DNA of 64,000 bases from Puniceicoccales bacterium (GCA_031267915.1 JAIRYE010000006.1:8333-72332); one strand, 5' to 3'; positions 1-10,739 are shown, counted from the first letter of the stretch. Translations and numbers: made by a program. The notes: generated from the letters alone by a model not told the origin.

Positions 1-299
1 TCATTTGCCTTTGGAGTTCCTCCGGAGATAAAGTTTCTCATAAAAATTCCGTCCTCATCAATCTCCTCTACGGTCAGCAACTCGTTGTTTTGGGTTAAAT
101 TATAAATATTTTCGTAGGTTGACAGTTTGACAAATGATCTAATGTCAGCAGCCGTTTCTTTGGCATGTGTGTGGGCGGACAGTTTGCTTGCGAGGTCAGC
201 ATTCGCAAAAAATATTCCGAAGATAGAGGGAATCAGAATGGCGAATAGCGTTATCGCTAAAACAATTTCCAGCAGTGACATTCCTTCATTTTTTTTCAT
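1..299 (-). CDS. Prepilin-type N-terminal cleavage/methylation domain protein (minor pseudopilin), partial, runs off the window start
   Basis: Not in the ORF track. Manual translation from ATG at 299 gives MKKNEG|MSLLEIVLAITLFAILIP..., a class III signal peptide (G|xxxxE plus hydrophobic helix). The frame stays open to position 1 and follows two other pseudopilin genes. Confidence 0.8.
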   Translation of the reverse strand, partial: MKKNEGMSLLEIVLAITLFAILIPSIFGIFFANADLASKLSAHTHAKETAADIRSFVKLSTYENIYNLTQNNELLTVEEIDEDGIFMRNFISGGTPKAN

Positions 300-309
300 G
301 AGGTGAGTA

Positions 310-915
310 TTAAAAGTACTGGTCGAAGCAGTTGGAAACAACTGTGCGTCCGTCCTCGGATATGGAAAATATAGCTATGGCATTTTTTACCCCGTCGCCC
401 TTGACGTACTTTCTGGCCTGCTCAGGAAATTTTCCCTTTGAAATTATCGTATCATTGTCGAATGGGTCCTCCACAATAATGAAAATACGGGTGTTGTTGA
501 ACGCATCGGCAATGGAAGTGTGGTCTCGAGTGTTGTCAGCTTTTAGGAAAAATTCGCTGTTTCCGAAGGTGTGAAAATTTTTCCCTTTCGGGTTTAAAGC
601 CTGCTGCTCTTCGGCGGATAGAGATTCCCCGGATGCGGTTTTCCCGGAGAGTATTTTTATAAACGTTTCCGAATTTGTTCCCTCATTCAGAGCAACTGTT
701 TCCTCGTCGCGGAAAAAATAAGGTAAGTCGCCATATTCCCTGCAGTACATATTTATGGCAGATTCATATTCCACGAATTGCATTCTGGTTTTTGCCACCA
801 GCACTGCCTTTTTGTGAGCATTTACTCCGGAAATTAGCAGCGATGAAATTATCGCAATAATCACCATGACGGTGAGCATTTCCAATAGGGAAAATCCATT
901 ATTTTTTGTCTTCAT
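310..915 (-). CDS. Type II secretion/type IV pilin-like protein (prepilin cleavage motif)
   Basis: N-terminus NNG|FSLLEMLTVMVIIAIISSLL; ATGA overlap with the upstream pseudopilin gene. Confidence 0.85.
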   Translation of the reverse strand: MKTKNNGFSLLEMLTVMVIIAIISSLLISGVNAHKKAVLVAKTRMQFVEYESAINMYCREYGDLPYFFRDEETVALNEGTNSETFIKILSGKTASGESLSAEEQQALNPKGKNFHTFGNSEFFLKADNTRDHTSIADAFNNTRIFIIVEDPFDNDTIISKGKFPEQARKYVKGDGVKNAIAIFSISEDGRTVVSNCFDQYF

Positions 916-1361
916 CTGCTGTGTATGTCGTCAATTAATTTACTTTCATCAATTTTTCCATTCGGGCCCATGGAAAATAGTACATAGGAAACGGCATCCT
1001 TCGAGGAGCACACGTAAACATAGGGATTTCCCCAGGGATCAATGATTCTGCCGTCGGAAATGTTCCATTTGTGATTTTTTCCGAAAAAATCAGCTTTAGT
1101 CGATATTTTTTCGTATAAATCTTTGGCGTTCAAATCTATGGACTTTGCCCCGCACACTGGATAAAATTCGTTTTCCGATTTAAAAATTTCCACTGCGCAG
1201 TTTAGTAGTGCCAATTCTTCCTGTACCACGTTTAGCTTTATACTATCTTCTTTGTAGCTGTAAACAACTTTAAATAGTACCATGCAAATCATGACTATTA
1301 CCACACTGGCAAATATTTCCAAAAGCGTGAATCCACGGCTCAATCTGCGATTATAACCCAT
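912..1361 (-). CDS. GspG-like type II secretion pseudopilin
   Basis: RG|FTLLEI prepilin motif and the T2SS G-family C-terminal signature DPWGNPYVY...LFSMGPNG. Confidence 0.85.
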   Translation of the reverse strand: MGYNRRLSRGFTLLEIFASVVIVMICMVLFKVVYSYKEDSIKLNVVQEELALLNCAVEIFKSENEFYPVCGAKSIDLNAKDLYEKISTKADFFGKNHKWNISDGRIIDPWGNPYVYVCSSKDAVSYVLFSMGPNGKIDESKLIDDIHSR

Positions 1362-1371
1362 TCTGCAGTGG

Positions 1372-1399
1372 ATTTTATCTATGTTTCTCAGAATGTCAA
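1372..1399 (-). promoter_or_regulatory. sigma70-type promoter of the pseudopilin operon
   Basis: Minus strand TTGACA (1399-1394)-N16-TAAAAT (1377-1372), 10 nt before the ATG at 1361. Confidence 0.7.
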
Positions 1400-1469
1400 A
1401 TATCTTTGTGAAAGTAAAAATATGGTTGCTCAGTCAAAATTTTTGTGCAGCATGGCGCAGTCAGTTTGT

Positions 1470-2069
1470 ATGAAGACAATCGAAGAAGTGTGTTGCGATG
1501 TTGTTAGAGAGCCGAAATCTGTGAAAAATATTCTCATTGGACTTTTGCTTGGACTGATTCCAGTGGTGAATTTTTTATCCTTTGGGTATTTGGAAAAATT
1601 CGGCAAACAGAGAGATGGAAGTGAGGCAGCGATTTTTCCCGGTTGGTTTTCAACGGTGCCAGAGCGTGGAAAAAATCTGCAAAAAGAATTTCTGAATGGA
1701 GCGTGGGTGTTTCTTGAATTCGTTCTAACCATTGGAGTGGCGATGGCGATTTGTCATGCAATTTTTGGGTTGATTAGCAGGGAAGAATTTGGAGTTTGCG
1801 TTGGATTGTTTGTGAGCGCTCCTGCGTTTGCCTGTGCTCTAGTTGCCGATGTTTCCGCAAACAGAAAAAATATTCGGTGGATGCTGAGGAACATCGGCGC
1901 TGCTTACAAACTGGCAATTGTCAATTACAGAAAGCTGCTGATTCCATCGATTTTATTTCTCTGCCTGCAGATCACTGCCTTTTTTATCATTCCGTCATTT
2001 TTTATGGGAGCTCCACTGTTCCTGGGATTTGTGTTTTTGATTGCCTACGTGAAGCAAATACTTCACTAG
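1470..2069 (+). CDS. DUF4013-like multi-pass membrane protein
   Basis: KNILIGLLLGLIPVVNFLSFGYL resembles the DUF4013 N-terminal pattern; several TM segments. Start uncertain (1452/1470 preferred to 1368, which overlaps the opposite promoter). Confidence 0.6.
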   Translation: MKTIEEVCCDVVREPKSVKNILIGLLLGLIPVVNFLSFGYLEKFGKQRDGSEAAIFPGWFSTVPERGKNLQKEFLNGAWVFLEFVLTIGVAMAICHAIFGLISREEFGVCVGLFVSAPAFACALVADVSANRKNIRWMLRNIGAAYKLAIVNYRKLLIPSILFLCLQITAFFIIPSFFMGAPLFLGFVFLIAYVKQILH

Positions 2070-2129
2070 GTATTTTTGCTGGAGAAAATTTCATCCCCAT
2101 GCAGTGGGAAATTTTTCCAGAAGGACTTT

Positions 2130-3119
2130 TCACCCGGAACCGAAGGCGTTAAAATCCGGAGCCGTGAAAAATTTTTCGCAGGCGCCATGGAATTCACGCA
2201 GTGTTTCCGCCCTGCGAATTTTACATGAGAAATCTCCAACTTTATCCACGAAGTCGGCAATGGGGACGGCGTATTTTTTCATGGACGACAGCATGCGATG
2301 CTCCGAAGGACCTGTTCCGTCTGTGAAATTTTTCAACCTTTCGATGTAGTCGAGGTAGTCGCTTCCGGATGGAATAAAAGCTTGGGATGAATGTGATAGG
2401 CTACATATCTGGCGAAATATCCAGGGGTTCGATATGGCTGCACGTCCGATCATTACACCATCGGCACCCGTTTCTTCGATAATATGCAGTGCTTCCGACG
2501 CTGTTTTTATGTCTCCGTTGGCGATCACGGGACAGCGCAATTCTGCCTTCGCAAGTTTTATGCACCCAAGGTCGATTTGCTCTTCGTAAAGTCCCCTGAC
2601 CGTGCGTCTGTGTAGATATAATTTTGAGATGCTGTGACTGGACAGATGCTTTAGAATTTCATCAAATTCGGAGGCATGCCAGTAGCCAATTCTTGTTTTC
2701 ACAGAGATTGGCAAGTTTGTGCTGTTCAATAGCGCAGAAATTATTGAATCAACGGTGTTGAGATCCACCAGGAGAGAACCTCCGACACCTTTCTTCCTGA
2801 TTTTTGGAACAGGGCATCCGAGATTTAAATTTATTCCATGAATTGCGCAATTGCCCAACTGCTCAGCTATTCTTGCGAGATGTTGAGGATCTTTTCCAAG
2901 CAATTGAATGCTCAGCGGGCGAGTGCTGCGTCGATTTTCAATGAGGTCGGTGATTTTTTTGCAAATCGTTGCCGTGGGGTGTACTCGTAAAAATTCTGAA
3001 ATGTACTCATCCGGTTCCCCGAAGTCACACAGAATATTGAAAAAATGGCGCGTCGTCAGTCCACACATCGGAGCCAGTGCTGTGGGGAAATTTTTTCCAT
3101 TTTCGTCCTTGGAGTTCAC
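2130..3119 (-). CDS. dus: tRNA-dihydrouridine synthase (Dus family)
   Basis: Motifs LAPMxGxT, NLNLGCP, HxRT, ANGDI, DGVMIGRAAISNPW. Confidence 0.92.
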   Translation of the reverse strand: MNSKDENGKNFPTALAPMCGLTTRHFFNILCDFGEPDEYISEFLRVHPTATICKKITDLIENRRSTRPLSIQLLGKDPQHLARIAEQLGNCAIHGINLNLGCPVPKIRKKGVGGSLLVDLNTVDSIISALLNSTNLPISVKTRIGYWHASEFDEILKHLSSHSISKLYLHRRTVRGLYEEQIDLGCIKLAKAELRCPVIANGDIKTASEALHIIEETGADGVMIGRAAISNPWIFRQICSLSHSSQAFIPSGSDYLDYIERLKNFTDGTGPSEHRMLSSMKKYAVPIADFVDKVGDFSCKIRRAETLREFHGACEKFFTAPDFNAFGSG

Positions 3120-3154
3120 ACAATAGTCTTGAAGTTCCCGAGTAACTCAAAAGG

Positions 3155-3667
3155 ATGAATTCGAGCATGTCAATCGTTAGAATTTTTGCGTTGCTGTCGT
3201 ATTTGACGATTTTTGGAGCGAGTGTACTTGGAGCATCGGATTTGCGGCGGAAATCCGGAACGAAAATCGAGTGCGTTGCGATTAAATACATGGGTGAGTC
3301 AAACTTTAAAACAATCGGGGAGTATTTCGGAAGTAGGAGAGAGCACCAATACTTTCGCTGCGTCGCCAGGGACGCAGAAAACGGGCGCGCCGGCACCTAT
3401 TTTATAGTTGGATTGAGTGAGTCAGTTGAAAAATTGCCGCCGAAAACTAGCGCCAGAATACATCTGATAATGTCCATAAAAGAAGGTGTTCGCATTTTCG
3501 AATGTAAAATTCCCGGAGGCAAAAAATTTCCACTGGTATCTGAAATCTACTGCGGCATAGTATCTGAAAAAATCGATATTTCGCAGATCAAGGCGTGGAA
3601 TGTTGAGTTCATTGATGGGAAGGGGAATGTTTTGTTTTCAAGGTGCAGCTACATGTGGGCGCTGTAG
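3155..3667 (+). CDS. Hypothetical exported protein
   Basis: 170-aa ORF with AAGGA before the ATG and an N-terminal hydrophobic signal-like segment; fills the gap between dus and dprA. Confidence 0.7.
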   Translation: MNSSMSIVRIFALLSYLTIFGASVLGASDLRRKSGTKIECVAIKYMGESNFKTIGEYFGSRREHQYFRCVARDAENGRAGTYFIVGLSESVEKLPPKTSARIHLIMSIKEGVRIFECKIPGGKKFPLVSEIYCGIVSEKIDISQIKAWNVEFIDGKGNVLFSRCSYMWAL

Positions 3668-3677
3668 GTGAAATTTT

Positions 3678-4817
3678 CTAGCGCATTGCCTTAATCTCAA
3701 ACATCCCGTCATAGCGTTTAAGTGTGAGTCCGCGGATTTCAAGCATTTGCAGTGAGTGCAGGACCTTGTTCGCCGGTAGTTCTGAAAAGGTTATGATGGA
3801 GTCCATGGTCGCAGACTTTTCCCTGAGTAAAATTTCGTAAATTTTTCTCTCGACTGGGCACGAAAACTCAGAAGCCTGCTGAGGCCGCAGTTCATCTGTA
3901 ATTTCCAAGGGGAGTGCCGTTTGTTTCGGCGAGTTGTCCAGGTAGGGAAGCTCCTCGAAAATATCGTTCACGCAGGTCAATATTGATGCCCCTTCCTTTA
4001 TCAAAGCTAAGCACCCAGAGCTTGACGGCTGATCGATTCTTCCGGGAACTGCAAACACATGTCTGCCGTAGTCGGCTGCAAATTTCGCAGTGATCATGCT
4101 TCCACCGAATCTGTCGGATTCAACGATAATCACAGCGTGGCACAGTCCCGCGATCAGGCGGTTGCGTATGGGGAACGTTTGGCGGTCGGCGTGTCTTCCA
4201 AGCACAAACTCGGAGATGATCGCTCCATTTTCCGCTATTCTCCTATAGAGAGTGGCATTTTCTTTGGGATAAATTACATCAATTCCATTGCCGAGGACGG
4301 CGATTGTTTGCCCTTTGACGGCGAGGGCACCTTCGTGAGCGGATGTGTCAATGCCACGCGCCATTCCACTAACAATGCAAAAGCCACGCCTGGATAATTC
4401 CATCGCCAGCATTCTCGCTGTTTCGAGGCCATAGAGGGTGTTTGTGCGAGATCCGACAATGGCTATGTTTTTTACTGAATTATCAATTTCTCCGATCGTG
4501 TAAATTCCCGTGGGAGCGTCTGGAATTTCCCTGAGCAGCGTGGGGTAATTTCCGCTGCTGATGCTCAGAAATTTTCCACGCAGCGTAGCCAGCTTTCTTT
4601 CCTCTTCAGCCAGGTTAAAGTATTTGCTGTGATTTGCTATGCTGTCAATTATTTGGTCGTCCATTCTCGGAATGCGCTTCAATTGATCCGCGGTGCAGCA
4701 GAAAATTCGCCGCACATCTCCGCGGAAGTGCAGCAGCAGTTTCTGAACGGTACATGGGCCAATGTTTGGCAACGCGTTTAGTACCATGAAAGCTTGGTCT
4801 TCGGAAAAACTTGGCAT
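3678..4817 (-). CDS. dprA: DNA-processing protein DprA (Smf)
   Basis: IAIVGSR, IVSGMARGIDTSAH, FPIRNRLIAGL, GSMITA, VFAVPGRI motifs; C-terminal winged helix. Confidence 0.95.
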   Translation of the reverse strand: MPSFSEDQAFMVLNALPNIGPCTVQKLLLHFRGDVRRIFCCTADQLKRIPRMDDQIIDSIANHSKYFNLAEEERKLATLRGKFLSISSGNYPTLLREIPDAPTGIYTIGEIDNSVKNIAIVGSRTNTLYGLETARMLAMELSRRGFCIVSGMARGIDTSAHEGALAVKGQTIAVLGNGIDVIYPKENATLYRRIAENGAIISEFVLGRHADRQTFPIRNRLIAGLCHAVIIVESDRFGGSMITAKFAADYGRHVFAVPGRIDQPSSSGCLALIKEGASILTCVNDIFEELPYLDNSPKQTALPLEITDELRPQQASEFSCPVERKIYEILLREKSATMDSIITFSELPANKVLHSLQMLEIRGLTLKRYDGMFEIKAMR

Positions 4818-4973
4818 ATTTTATGCTATGCCGGAATTTATAAATTTTTGCAAGGAAATTATGTTGGTTTACGGCGAAAAGAGCAGGCGAAACTAGGCAC
4901 AGGTTTGATTTTTTGTTTGCAGTTTTCCAGGTTTTAAAAGGAATGGGAGCGGAAAAATTTAAAACGAATGAAT

Positions 4974-6722
4974 CTATTCGCGCTCCGTCATTCGCCAGCT
5001 AATCATGTGCAGGCACGTGGAATGAATCCTGTTCCAGGTTTCGCGGTTGACAGTTGCCATGATATCCAGCGGTGTGTTGATGGGAGGAATATTGCTGGCG
5101 CCGTTCCATCCAATAACCAGCATGCGCTTGGAGTATTTATCGGCGAGCCAAAATTTTACATGATTTTTCTGCACGCCGAATGATTCTGGGAGATTGCTGA
5201 TTTTGATATTTCTCAGGAGGAAAATTGGTTCTGGATTTTTTTGCCCAAATGGTTGCAGCATTTCCAGTTCTTCCATGAAGCCGTTGCTGATCGCCTCCAG
5301 TTCCAATTCATAGTCGTATTCTGATTTTATTTGCTGCAGTGCGTTTCCCAAATATTTTTCCACAGCTGCATTGAATTTTATCCTGAATTCGTCTATATTT
5401 TTCGGTGAAATTGATATTCCAACGGCATAGGGATGCCCTCCCCAGGCCTCCAGAAGAGGCGAACAATCCCCGAGAATATCAATCAAATTTATGCCATTTG
5501 CACTTCTTCCAGATCCCTTGGCCAGATCCCGTTCGTTTCCAAGAACAATGCACGGTTTGGAGTAATCCCTTGCAAATTTTCCGCTGATAATTCCGACGAC
5601 GCCTGCGTGCCAATTTTTGTTATACAAAACGATGGCGCTGTCATCTGCGTAGCACGTTTTTACTATTTTATCAGCCTGCTGAGTTATTTCTTTTTCGATT
5701 AGTTGCCGCTCTTTATTTGTTTCATCAAGCTCGTAGGCATAGGTCATCGCCTCATCAAAGTTGTCGCTCAGCATCATTTTTACTGGCAACACGGCGTCTC
5801 TCAGCCGACCACAGGCATTTAGCCGCGGACATAGTTTGAAGGAAATATCTGACTGGTGTATGTTTGTTTCGGCGTGAATGTCAGCGGATTTGCACAGCGC
5901 TTCAATGCCTGGCCTGCGAAATTTTCCGTTGAGAATTTTCAGTCCAAATTTACAGAACACTCTATTTTCTCCGACCAGGCGCATCATATCAGCAATTGTT
6001 CCCAGCGTTACAAGATCAAGATCATGCTTTAGCTGGTAATTTATTGCCCGCTGATCATTTTTTTTTCGCAAAGTCCTCAGAAGCGCGCAGCAGAGCTTGA
6101 AAACTAGTCCCACAGAGCACAGCGTTTTATACTTGTCGTCATCATTATTTTCGCTGATGTGAGGATTTATGATGCAGCATTTTGCCACGGGAAGTATCTG
6201 TGCCTGGTGATGATCCACGATGAGAACTTCGATGCCGTTTTTTTGTAAAAAATCTACCTCTTCAGCGGAATTTGTCCCGCAGTCAAGCGTCACCACCACA
6301 TCATATTTTTTTTTAGAGAGTATGCGTTCAATGATTTCAGAAGATAGACCATAGCCTTCGCAGGCACGCCTTGGGACAAAGAAATTAGGGCTTATTCCGA
6401 AAGTTTTTAGAACGTTGATGAGAAGAGTTATGCTCGTGATTCCGTCGACATCATAGTCTCCAACTATGGCTATGCGCAAATTATGTTCTATTACTCGGCT
6501 CAGTATATCTACGGCTCGGTCAATGTTTTTGATTCTGAACGGATCATCCAGGTACGTCAACTTTGGCCAGAGAAATTTTTCCGCTTCCTCCTTCGATCTA
6601 ATTTCCCGCTGGGCTAATATTACGCAGAGAGGGAATCCTATGTTTAGGGATTTATAGAGAGATTCGGCAATGGATTTTTTATAGGAGATTTGTATCCAAT
6701 TCTTTTCATTTATCGCCTGCAT
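4974..6722 (-). CDS. recJ: Single-stranded-DNA-specific exonuclease RecJ
   Basis: GDYDVDGITS, EGYGL, DCGT, DHH, GTIAD, PRLNACGRL, GSGRS, GGHPYAVG. Confidence 0.95.
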   Translation of the reverse strand: MQAINEKNWIQISYKKSIAESLYKSLNIGFPLCVILAQREIRSKEEAEKFLWPKLTYLDDPFRIKNIDRAVDILSRVIEHNLRIAIVGDYDVDGITSITLLINVLKTFGISPNFFVPRRACEGYGLSSEIIERILSKKKYDVVVTLDCGTNSAEEVDFLQKNGIEVLIVDHHQAQILPVAKCCIINPHISENNDDDKYKTLCSVGLVFKLCCALLRTLRKKNDQRAINYQLKHDLDLVTLGTIADMMRLVGENRVFCKFGLKILNGKFRRPGIEALCKSADIHAETNIHQSDISFKLCPRLNACGRLRDAVLPVKMMLSDNFDEAMTYAYELDETNKERQLIEKEITQQADKIVKTCYADDSAIVLYNKNWHAGVVGIISGKFARDYSKPCIVLGNERDLAKGSGRSANGINLIDILGDCSPLLEAWGGHPYAVGISISPKNIDEFRIKFNAAVEKYLGNALQQIKSEYDYELELEAISNGFMEELEMLQPFGQKNPEPIFLLRNIKISNLPESFGVQKNHVKFWLADKYSKRMLVIGWNGASNIPPINTPLDIMATVNRETWNRIHSTCLHMISWRMTERE

Positions 6723-6723
6723 T

Positions 6724-9204
6724 TTAAGCTGCCTTTTGCAATTGTTTCCCCCTGCCGATTTGATACTTGTAAAATATTGGACTGGCGATGAATATGGAAG
6801 AAAATGTCCCGACTATGATCCCTATGAGAAAAGTGAGAGCAAAGTCGACGATCACGCCGGATCCAAACAGATAGAGAGCCAGTGCTGCTAAAAATGTTGA
6901 TGTGCTCGTCAGTAGAGTGCGGGAAAGCGTCTTGGTTATGGATAAATTTACCACTTCCTTCAGCGCTTTAGTAGTATTCAGTTTTAATTCCTCCCGGATT
7001 CTATCAAACACGATGATTGTATCGTTGATGGAGTAGCCGACTACCATTAAAATTGATGCGATCATCGGTGCGGAAATTTGACGTCCGAGCGACAAATAAA
7101 TCAATACCGTTAGTATGACATCCAGCGCCGTGGATATGCCGGCGCCTATGCCATATGCAAATTCAAACCTAAATGCCACGTATGCGGCAATGCCAAGCAT
7201 GGATAGCAGTATGGAAATCAGAGCATTCAGTTTAATTTCTCCGCTGATGGAGGATCCGATTTCAGTTTTTTCGATGAGAGATAACTTGGCTTCTTTGAAA
7301 TTTTCACTCAGGCGATCAAAAATTTTCGTTCCATTGCCCTGGGATGTTTGCACGCGCAAAATTTCTGAATTATCCAGGAGAGATTTCTGATAGACCGATG
7401 TGACCTCTCCCAAATTATTTTCCGAGGCCAACCTGCTAATTTCATTTGGAGGAATTCGCTGTTCGAATTTTATGCTAATTTCATCTCCTCCGGTGAAATC
7501 AATGCCGTAAATTTTCGTTTCGCGGGAGATGATGAGTGCGCTGCAGAGTACTATTGCGGCGATGTAGACGCTGAAAATAATTTTCGGATGCTTCAGAAAA
7601 TCAAACGCAATTGGTTTTATTTTGAAATTTGGCATGAGTTTTTTCACGAGTTCGCCGTCGACCAAAAATCCCAGTAGCCCTCTGGCGAGCACGAGTGTGC
7701 AAAATATTGTCGTGAAAATTCCTATGGACAGTATCACTCCGAACCCTTTTATCGGACCGGTGCCAAACACAACGAGAATCACTGCTGCCAGCAGAGTTGT
7801 GAGATTTGCATCGAGAATCGACGAAAATGCCCGTTCGTGCCCCGCATGCAGTGCTGCTTTGAGTAATTTTCCGCCCAGAAGTTCCTCCCGCACTCTTTCG
7901 AATATTAGAATGTTCGCGTCCACAGCCATGCCAATTGTTAATACCAGTGCTGCAATTCCGGGGAGCGTTAGTGTAGCTCCGATTGTTGCCATTACGCCAA
8001 GCATAAGAATTACGTTGGAAAGAATTGCGACGAACGAAATGATCCCGGCCACGTGGTAGTAAACGAGCATGAAAGCCACCACGATGACGGCGCCGATTAG
8101 CGATGCGTTCAGCGAGCTTGCTCTGGCCTCCTCTGCAAGTGACGGCCCAATTTCACTTAATTCAACAAATTTCAGTGAAACTTCCAGGGGATTGTTTAGA
8201 ACATTTGCCAGTTCGATGGCATCCCGCTGCGAGAAATTTCCACTTATGCTCGCGTGCCCGTTGGGAATCACAGAGCGAATTACAGGTGCGGAGTATAATT
8301 TCTCGTCAAGCACTATTCCAAGCTGTCGATTTATATTTGCTGAAGTAATTTTTTCAAAACGCTTGGTCCCCTCATCGGTCATGCTCAGTGAAATTTCATA
8401 TTCGCCGTATTGGCCGATGGCTACGCTGGCATGCTTCAACATGCTTCCGGTCATCTCCGGTATTTTTTTGACAAATACGTATGTTTTTTGCTGCGAGGTG
8501 TTGTCTCTGTCTTTTTCGAGCTGTAAAGTTTCGTAGCCAATGGGTGCGCGGTCGAATTCCGACCTGGGAACGAGAGTCGAATGCACAAGCCTGAATTCCA
8601 ACTTCGCAGGCTTTTTGATGACATCGATGACTTCCGGATTGTCTTTGGTTGAAATTCCGGGGAGTTGAATTTCTATGGAATTGTTGCCACTAATTCTTAG
8701 CAGTGGTTCCGAAACGCCGAGGCCGTCGATGCGCTGGCGAACAATGTCGATCACCTTGTTCAGCTGCTCGGTTTTTTCCGCTGTCCCGCAGGCATTAAAC
8801 TTCGGATCATTCACTTGCAATACAATCGAAACTCCGCCCATCAAATCTAACCCAAGCTTGATTTTGCGCTTTGAATCAGACAGGATTGAATCGAGTAAAA
8901 TCTTATTTTTTTCGCGAAGATTTTTAATGTCGGAAATATTTTTGTTTCTGAAAAATTGTGACAGGTCCAAATTTTCCTCATCGGCGATGGAGCGAATGGC
9001 GCTGTACAAGCTTTTTGAAAGTCCGCCGCTTACCCTTTCGCTGGCTTGCTGCATGAGCCCTTCGAATTTTTGTTTTTCGTGAGTTGCGCAGCTTACAATG
9101 TACTTGCCGAAAGGCTTGTCTCGAAGCGGCAATGTGCTGTAGATCGCGATGCAGATGACCACCAGCGACAGCAGAATTCTATGGAGTGACGCATTTTTGT
9201 GCAT
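6724..9204 (-). CDS. secDF: Fused protein translocase subunit SecDF
   Basis: KLGLDLMGG, IGMAVDANILIFER (SecD) and GIDFTGG, GYSINDTIIVFDRIRE (SecF). Start placed at ATG 9204, just after the yajC stop. Confidence 0.95.
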   Translation of the reverse strand: MHKNASLHRILLSLVVICIAIYSTLPLRDKPFGKYIVSCATHEKQKFEGLMQQASERVSGGLSKSLYSAIRSIADEENLDLSQFFRNKNISDIKNLREKNKILLDSILSDSKRKIKLGLDLMGGVSIVLQVNDPKFNACGTAEKTEQLNKVIDIVRQRIDGLGVSEPLLRISGNNSIEIQLPGISTKDNPEVIDVIKKPAKLEFRLVHSTLVPRSEFDRAPIGYETLQLEKDRDNTSQQKTYVFVKKIPEMTGSMLKHASVAIGQYGEYEISLSMTDEGTKRFEKITSANINRQLGIVLDEKLYSAPVIRSVIPNGHASISGNFSQRDAIELANVLNNPLEVSLKFVELSEIGPSLAEEARASSLNASLIGAVIVVAFMLVYYHVAGIISFVAILSNVILMLGVMATIGATLTLPGIAALVLTIGMAVDANILIFERVREELLGGKLLKAALHAGHERAFSSILDANLTTLLAAVILVVFGTGPIKGFGVILSIGIFTTIFCTLVLARGLLGFLVDGELVKKLMPNFKIKPIAFDFLKHPKIIFSVYIAAIVLCSALIISRETKIYGIDFTGGDEISIKFEQRIPPNEISRLASENNLGEVTSVYQKSLLDNSEILRVQTSQGNGTKIFDRLSENFKEAKLSLIEKTEIGSSISGEIKLNALISILLSMLGIAAYVAFRFEFAYGIGAGISTALDVILTVLIYLSLGRQISAPMIASILMVVGYSINDTIIVFDRIREELKLNTTKALKEVVNLSITKTLSRTLLTSTSTFLAALALYLFGSGVIVDFALTFLIGIIVGTFSSIFIASPIFYKYQIGRGKQLQKAA

Positions 9205-9205
9205 G

Positions 9206-9538
9206 CTACTCGGATTTCTCAGATTTATCCAGCTTGGCCTGTATGTATGATCTGAAAATTTCGATTTTTGTATCATCTGCGATTTTCAGAATGAACTTTG
9301 AGGCTTTCACATTTGCGATTGTCCCGATAATCCCGGAAGTCGTTACTACCTTGTCTCCGGTTTGCAGCTCTTCGATCATTTTCAGTTGATTGCGCTGTTT
9401 TTTCCTCTGCGGTGCGATGAGCAGAAACCACATCCCTGTGAATAGCAGTACGTAGATTATTAGCATTTGCCATCCGGACCCTGCAGACTGTTGAGGCGCC
9501 CCTGGGATTGACTCAGCTATGAAAAATATTGCATCCAT
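9206..9538 (-). CDS. yajC: Preprotein translocase subunit YajC
   Basis: Single TM, then APQRKKQ...LQTGDKVVTTSGIIGTI; directly upstream of secDF. Confidence 0.93.
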   Translation of the reverse strand: MDAIFFIAESIPGAPQQSAGSGWQMLIIYVLLFTGMWFLLIAPQRKKQRNQLKMIEELQTGDKVVTTSGIIGTIANVKASKFILKIADDTKIEIFRSYIQAKLDKSEKSE

Positions 9539-9557
9539 TTTTACCTTTTTCAGCGAA

Positions 9558-9585
9558 AAACTAAAACGTAAAACACGTTTATCAA
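9558..9585 (-). promoter_or_regulatory. Putative sigma70-type promoter of yajC-secDF-recJ
   Basis: TTGATA (9585-9580)-N16-TAGTTT (9563-9558). Confidence 0.5.
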
Positions 9586-9618
9586 GAAATAAATCCTGAA
9601 AATTTTATGCCTGGGGCA

Positions 9619-10656
9619 TCAGATAAACGTTTTTATGTATGCCTTTTCCCGAAGCCTTTCTATAAATTTCTTTTTTGACTCCATTTGATATTTTTCCGTC
9701 AATATGTCTTCAATGTTATCCTTTGCCTCATCCAGAGTAAAAATTTTTGCAGGTTTTTCGTCCACCACGAACAGCAAATAAATTCTCCCATTTACTTCGA
9801 GTGGTTGTGTGAATTGTCCAACTTGCAAATCGCTCAAAGCGTCTGAAAAAACAGGAATCAAGTCTCCGACCGAAACCCATTCGAATTGCGAAGCTTTTGG
9901 AAAATCAGTGAAATTTTCAATGATGGTTTGTGCGCTATCCCCAGATTGAATGGCCTGTTTCAGAGAGGTCAGCTTTGATTGCAATTCTGAGTCATCGTAT
10001 TTTTGCTTCTCCAAAATAACGCCTTTGACGAAAATTTTTCGATCAATAGTGAAATCCTTGGAGTGCTCGTCGTAGTACTCTTTTATTTTCGCCGGACTTA
10101 TTTCCGACTTCAGCTTCGTAACTTCATCAAGCACAAAATTAATGATGATGTGTTCCCTGATTGATTTTTTAAACTCTCTAACCGAGCGACCATCTTCCCT
10201 CAGGAGCTTTGCGAGAGCTGTTCTGTCTCCATTGGTTTTGTTGTCAACAAAGGCTTCGTATTCCTTTTGTTCGTAGTTGTCAGGTAATTTTCCCCCCTTT
10301 GATTTAAAATCTGCAACGATCAAAATTCTTTCGATGAGTACGTTTAAAACCACCTTCTGGTACTCGTAAAATTTTTTCTGAAACTCTGTCTGTGATCCAG
10401 ATTCTGCCCGGATTCGCGGAATAAATGGTGCCATTTCTTTCGTCAGCTGGGTTACTGTTATTATTTCGTTGTTGACGATTGCTGCGACGTCATTGGAATA
10501 AACGGGAATTTGAAAATTTTCAGAATTGAGTTCGGTGCTTTCGGATGGGGGTGGGTTGTTTGTTTCTTCGGCATCCGACGGAACGGCGTAACACAGTGAC
10601 AAACAAAAAATAAAGATTAATATTTTTGAAAGTTTTTTCAAAGAAGACATGGGCAC
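9619..10656 (-). CDS. SurA/PpiC-type periplasmic peptidyl-prolyl isomerase/chaperone
   Basis: Signal peptide, VAAIVNNEIIT SurA N-domain motif, parvulin-like C-terminal part, ending LREKAYIK. Confidence 0.8.
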   Translation of the reverse strand: MPMSSLKKLSKILIFIFCLSLCYAVPSDAEETNNPPPSESTELNSENFQIPVYSNDVAAIVNNEIITVTQLTKEMAPFIPRIRAESGSQTEFQKKFYEYQKVVLNVLIERILIVADFKSKGGKLPDNYEQKEYEAFVDNKTNGDRTALAKLLREDGRSVREFKKSIREHIIINFVLDEVTKLKSEISPAKIKEYYDEHSKDFTIDRKIFVKGVILEKQKYDDSELQSKLTSLKQAIQSGDSAQTIIENFTDFPKASQFEWVSVGDLIPVFSDALSDLQVGQFTQPLEVNGRIYLLFVVDEKPAKIFTLDEAKDNIEDILTEKYQMESKKKFIERLREKAYIKTFI

Positions 10657-10739
10657 ACTATGAAAAGAGATAAAATTTTTTCCATTCTTTTTTTGTGTAC
10701 TTGGCGATATTTAGCGGTAGCGTGTTGAAAAATTGAAAA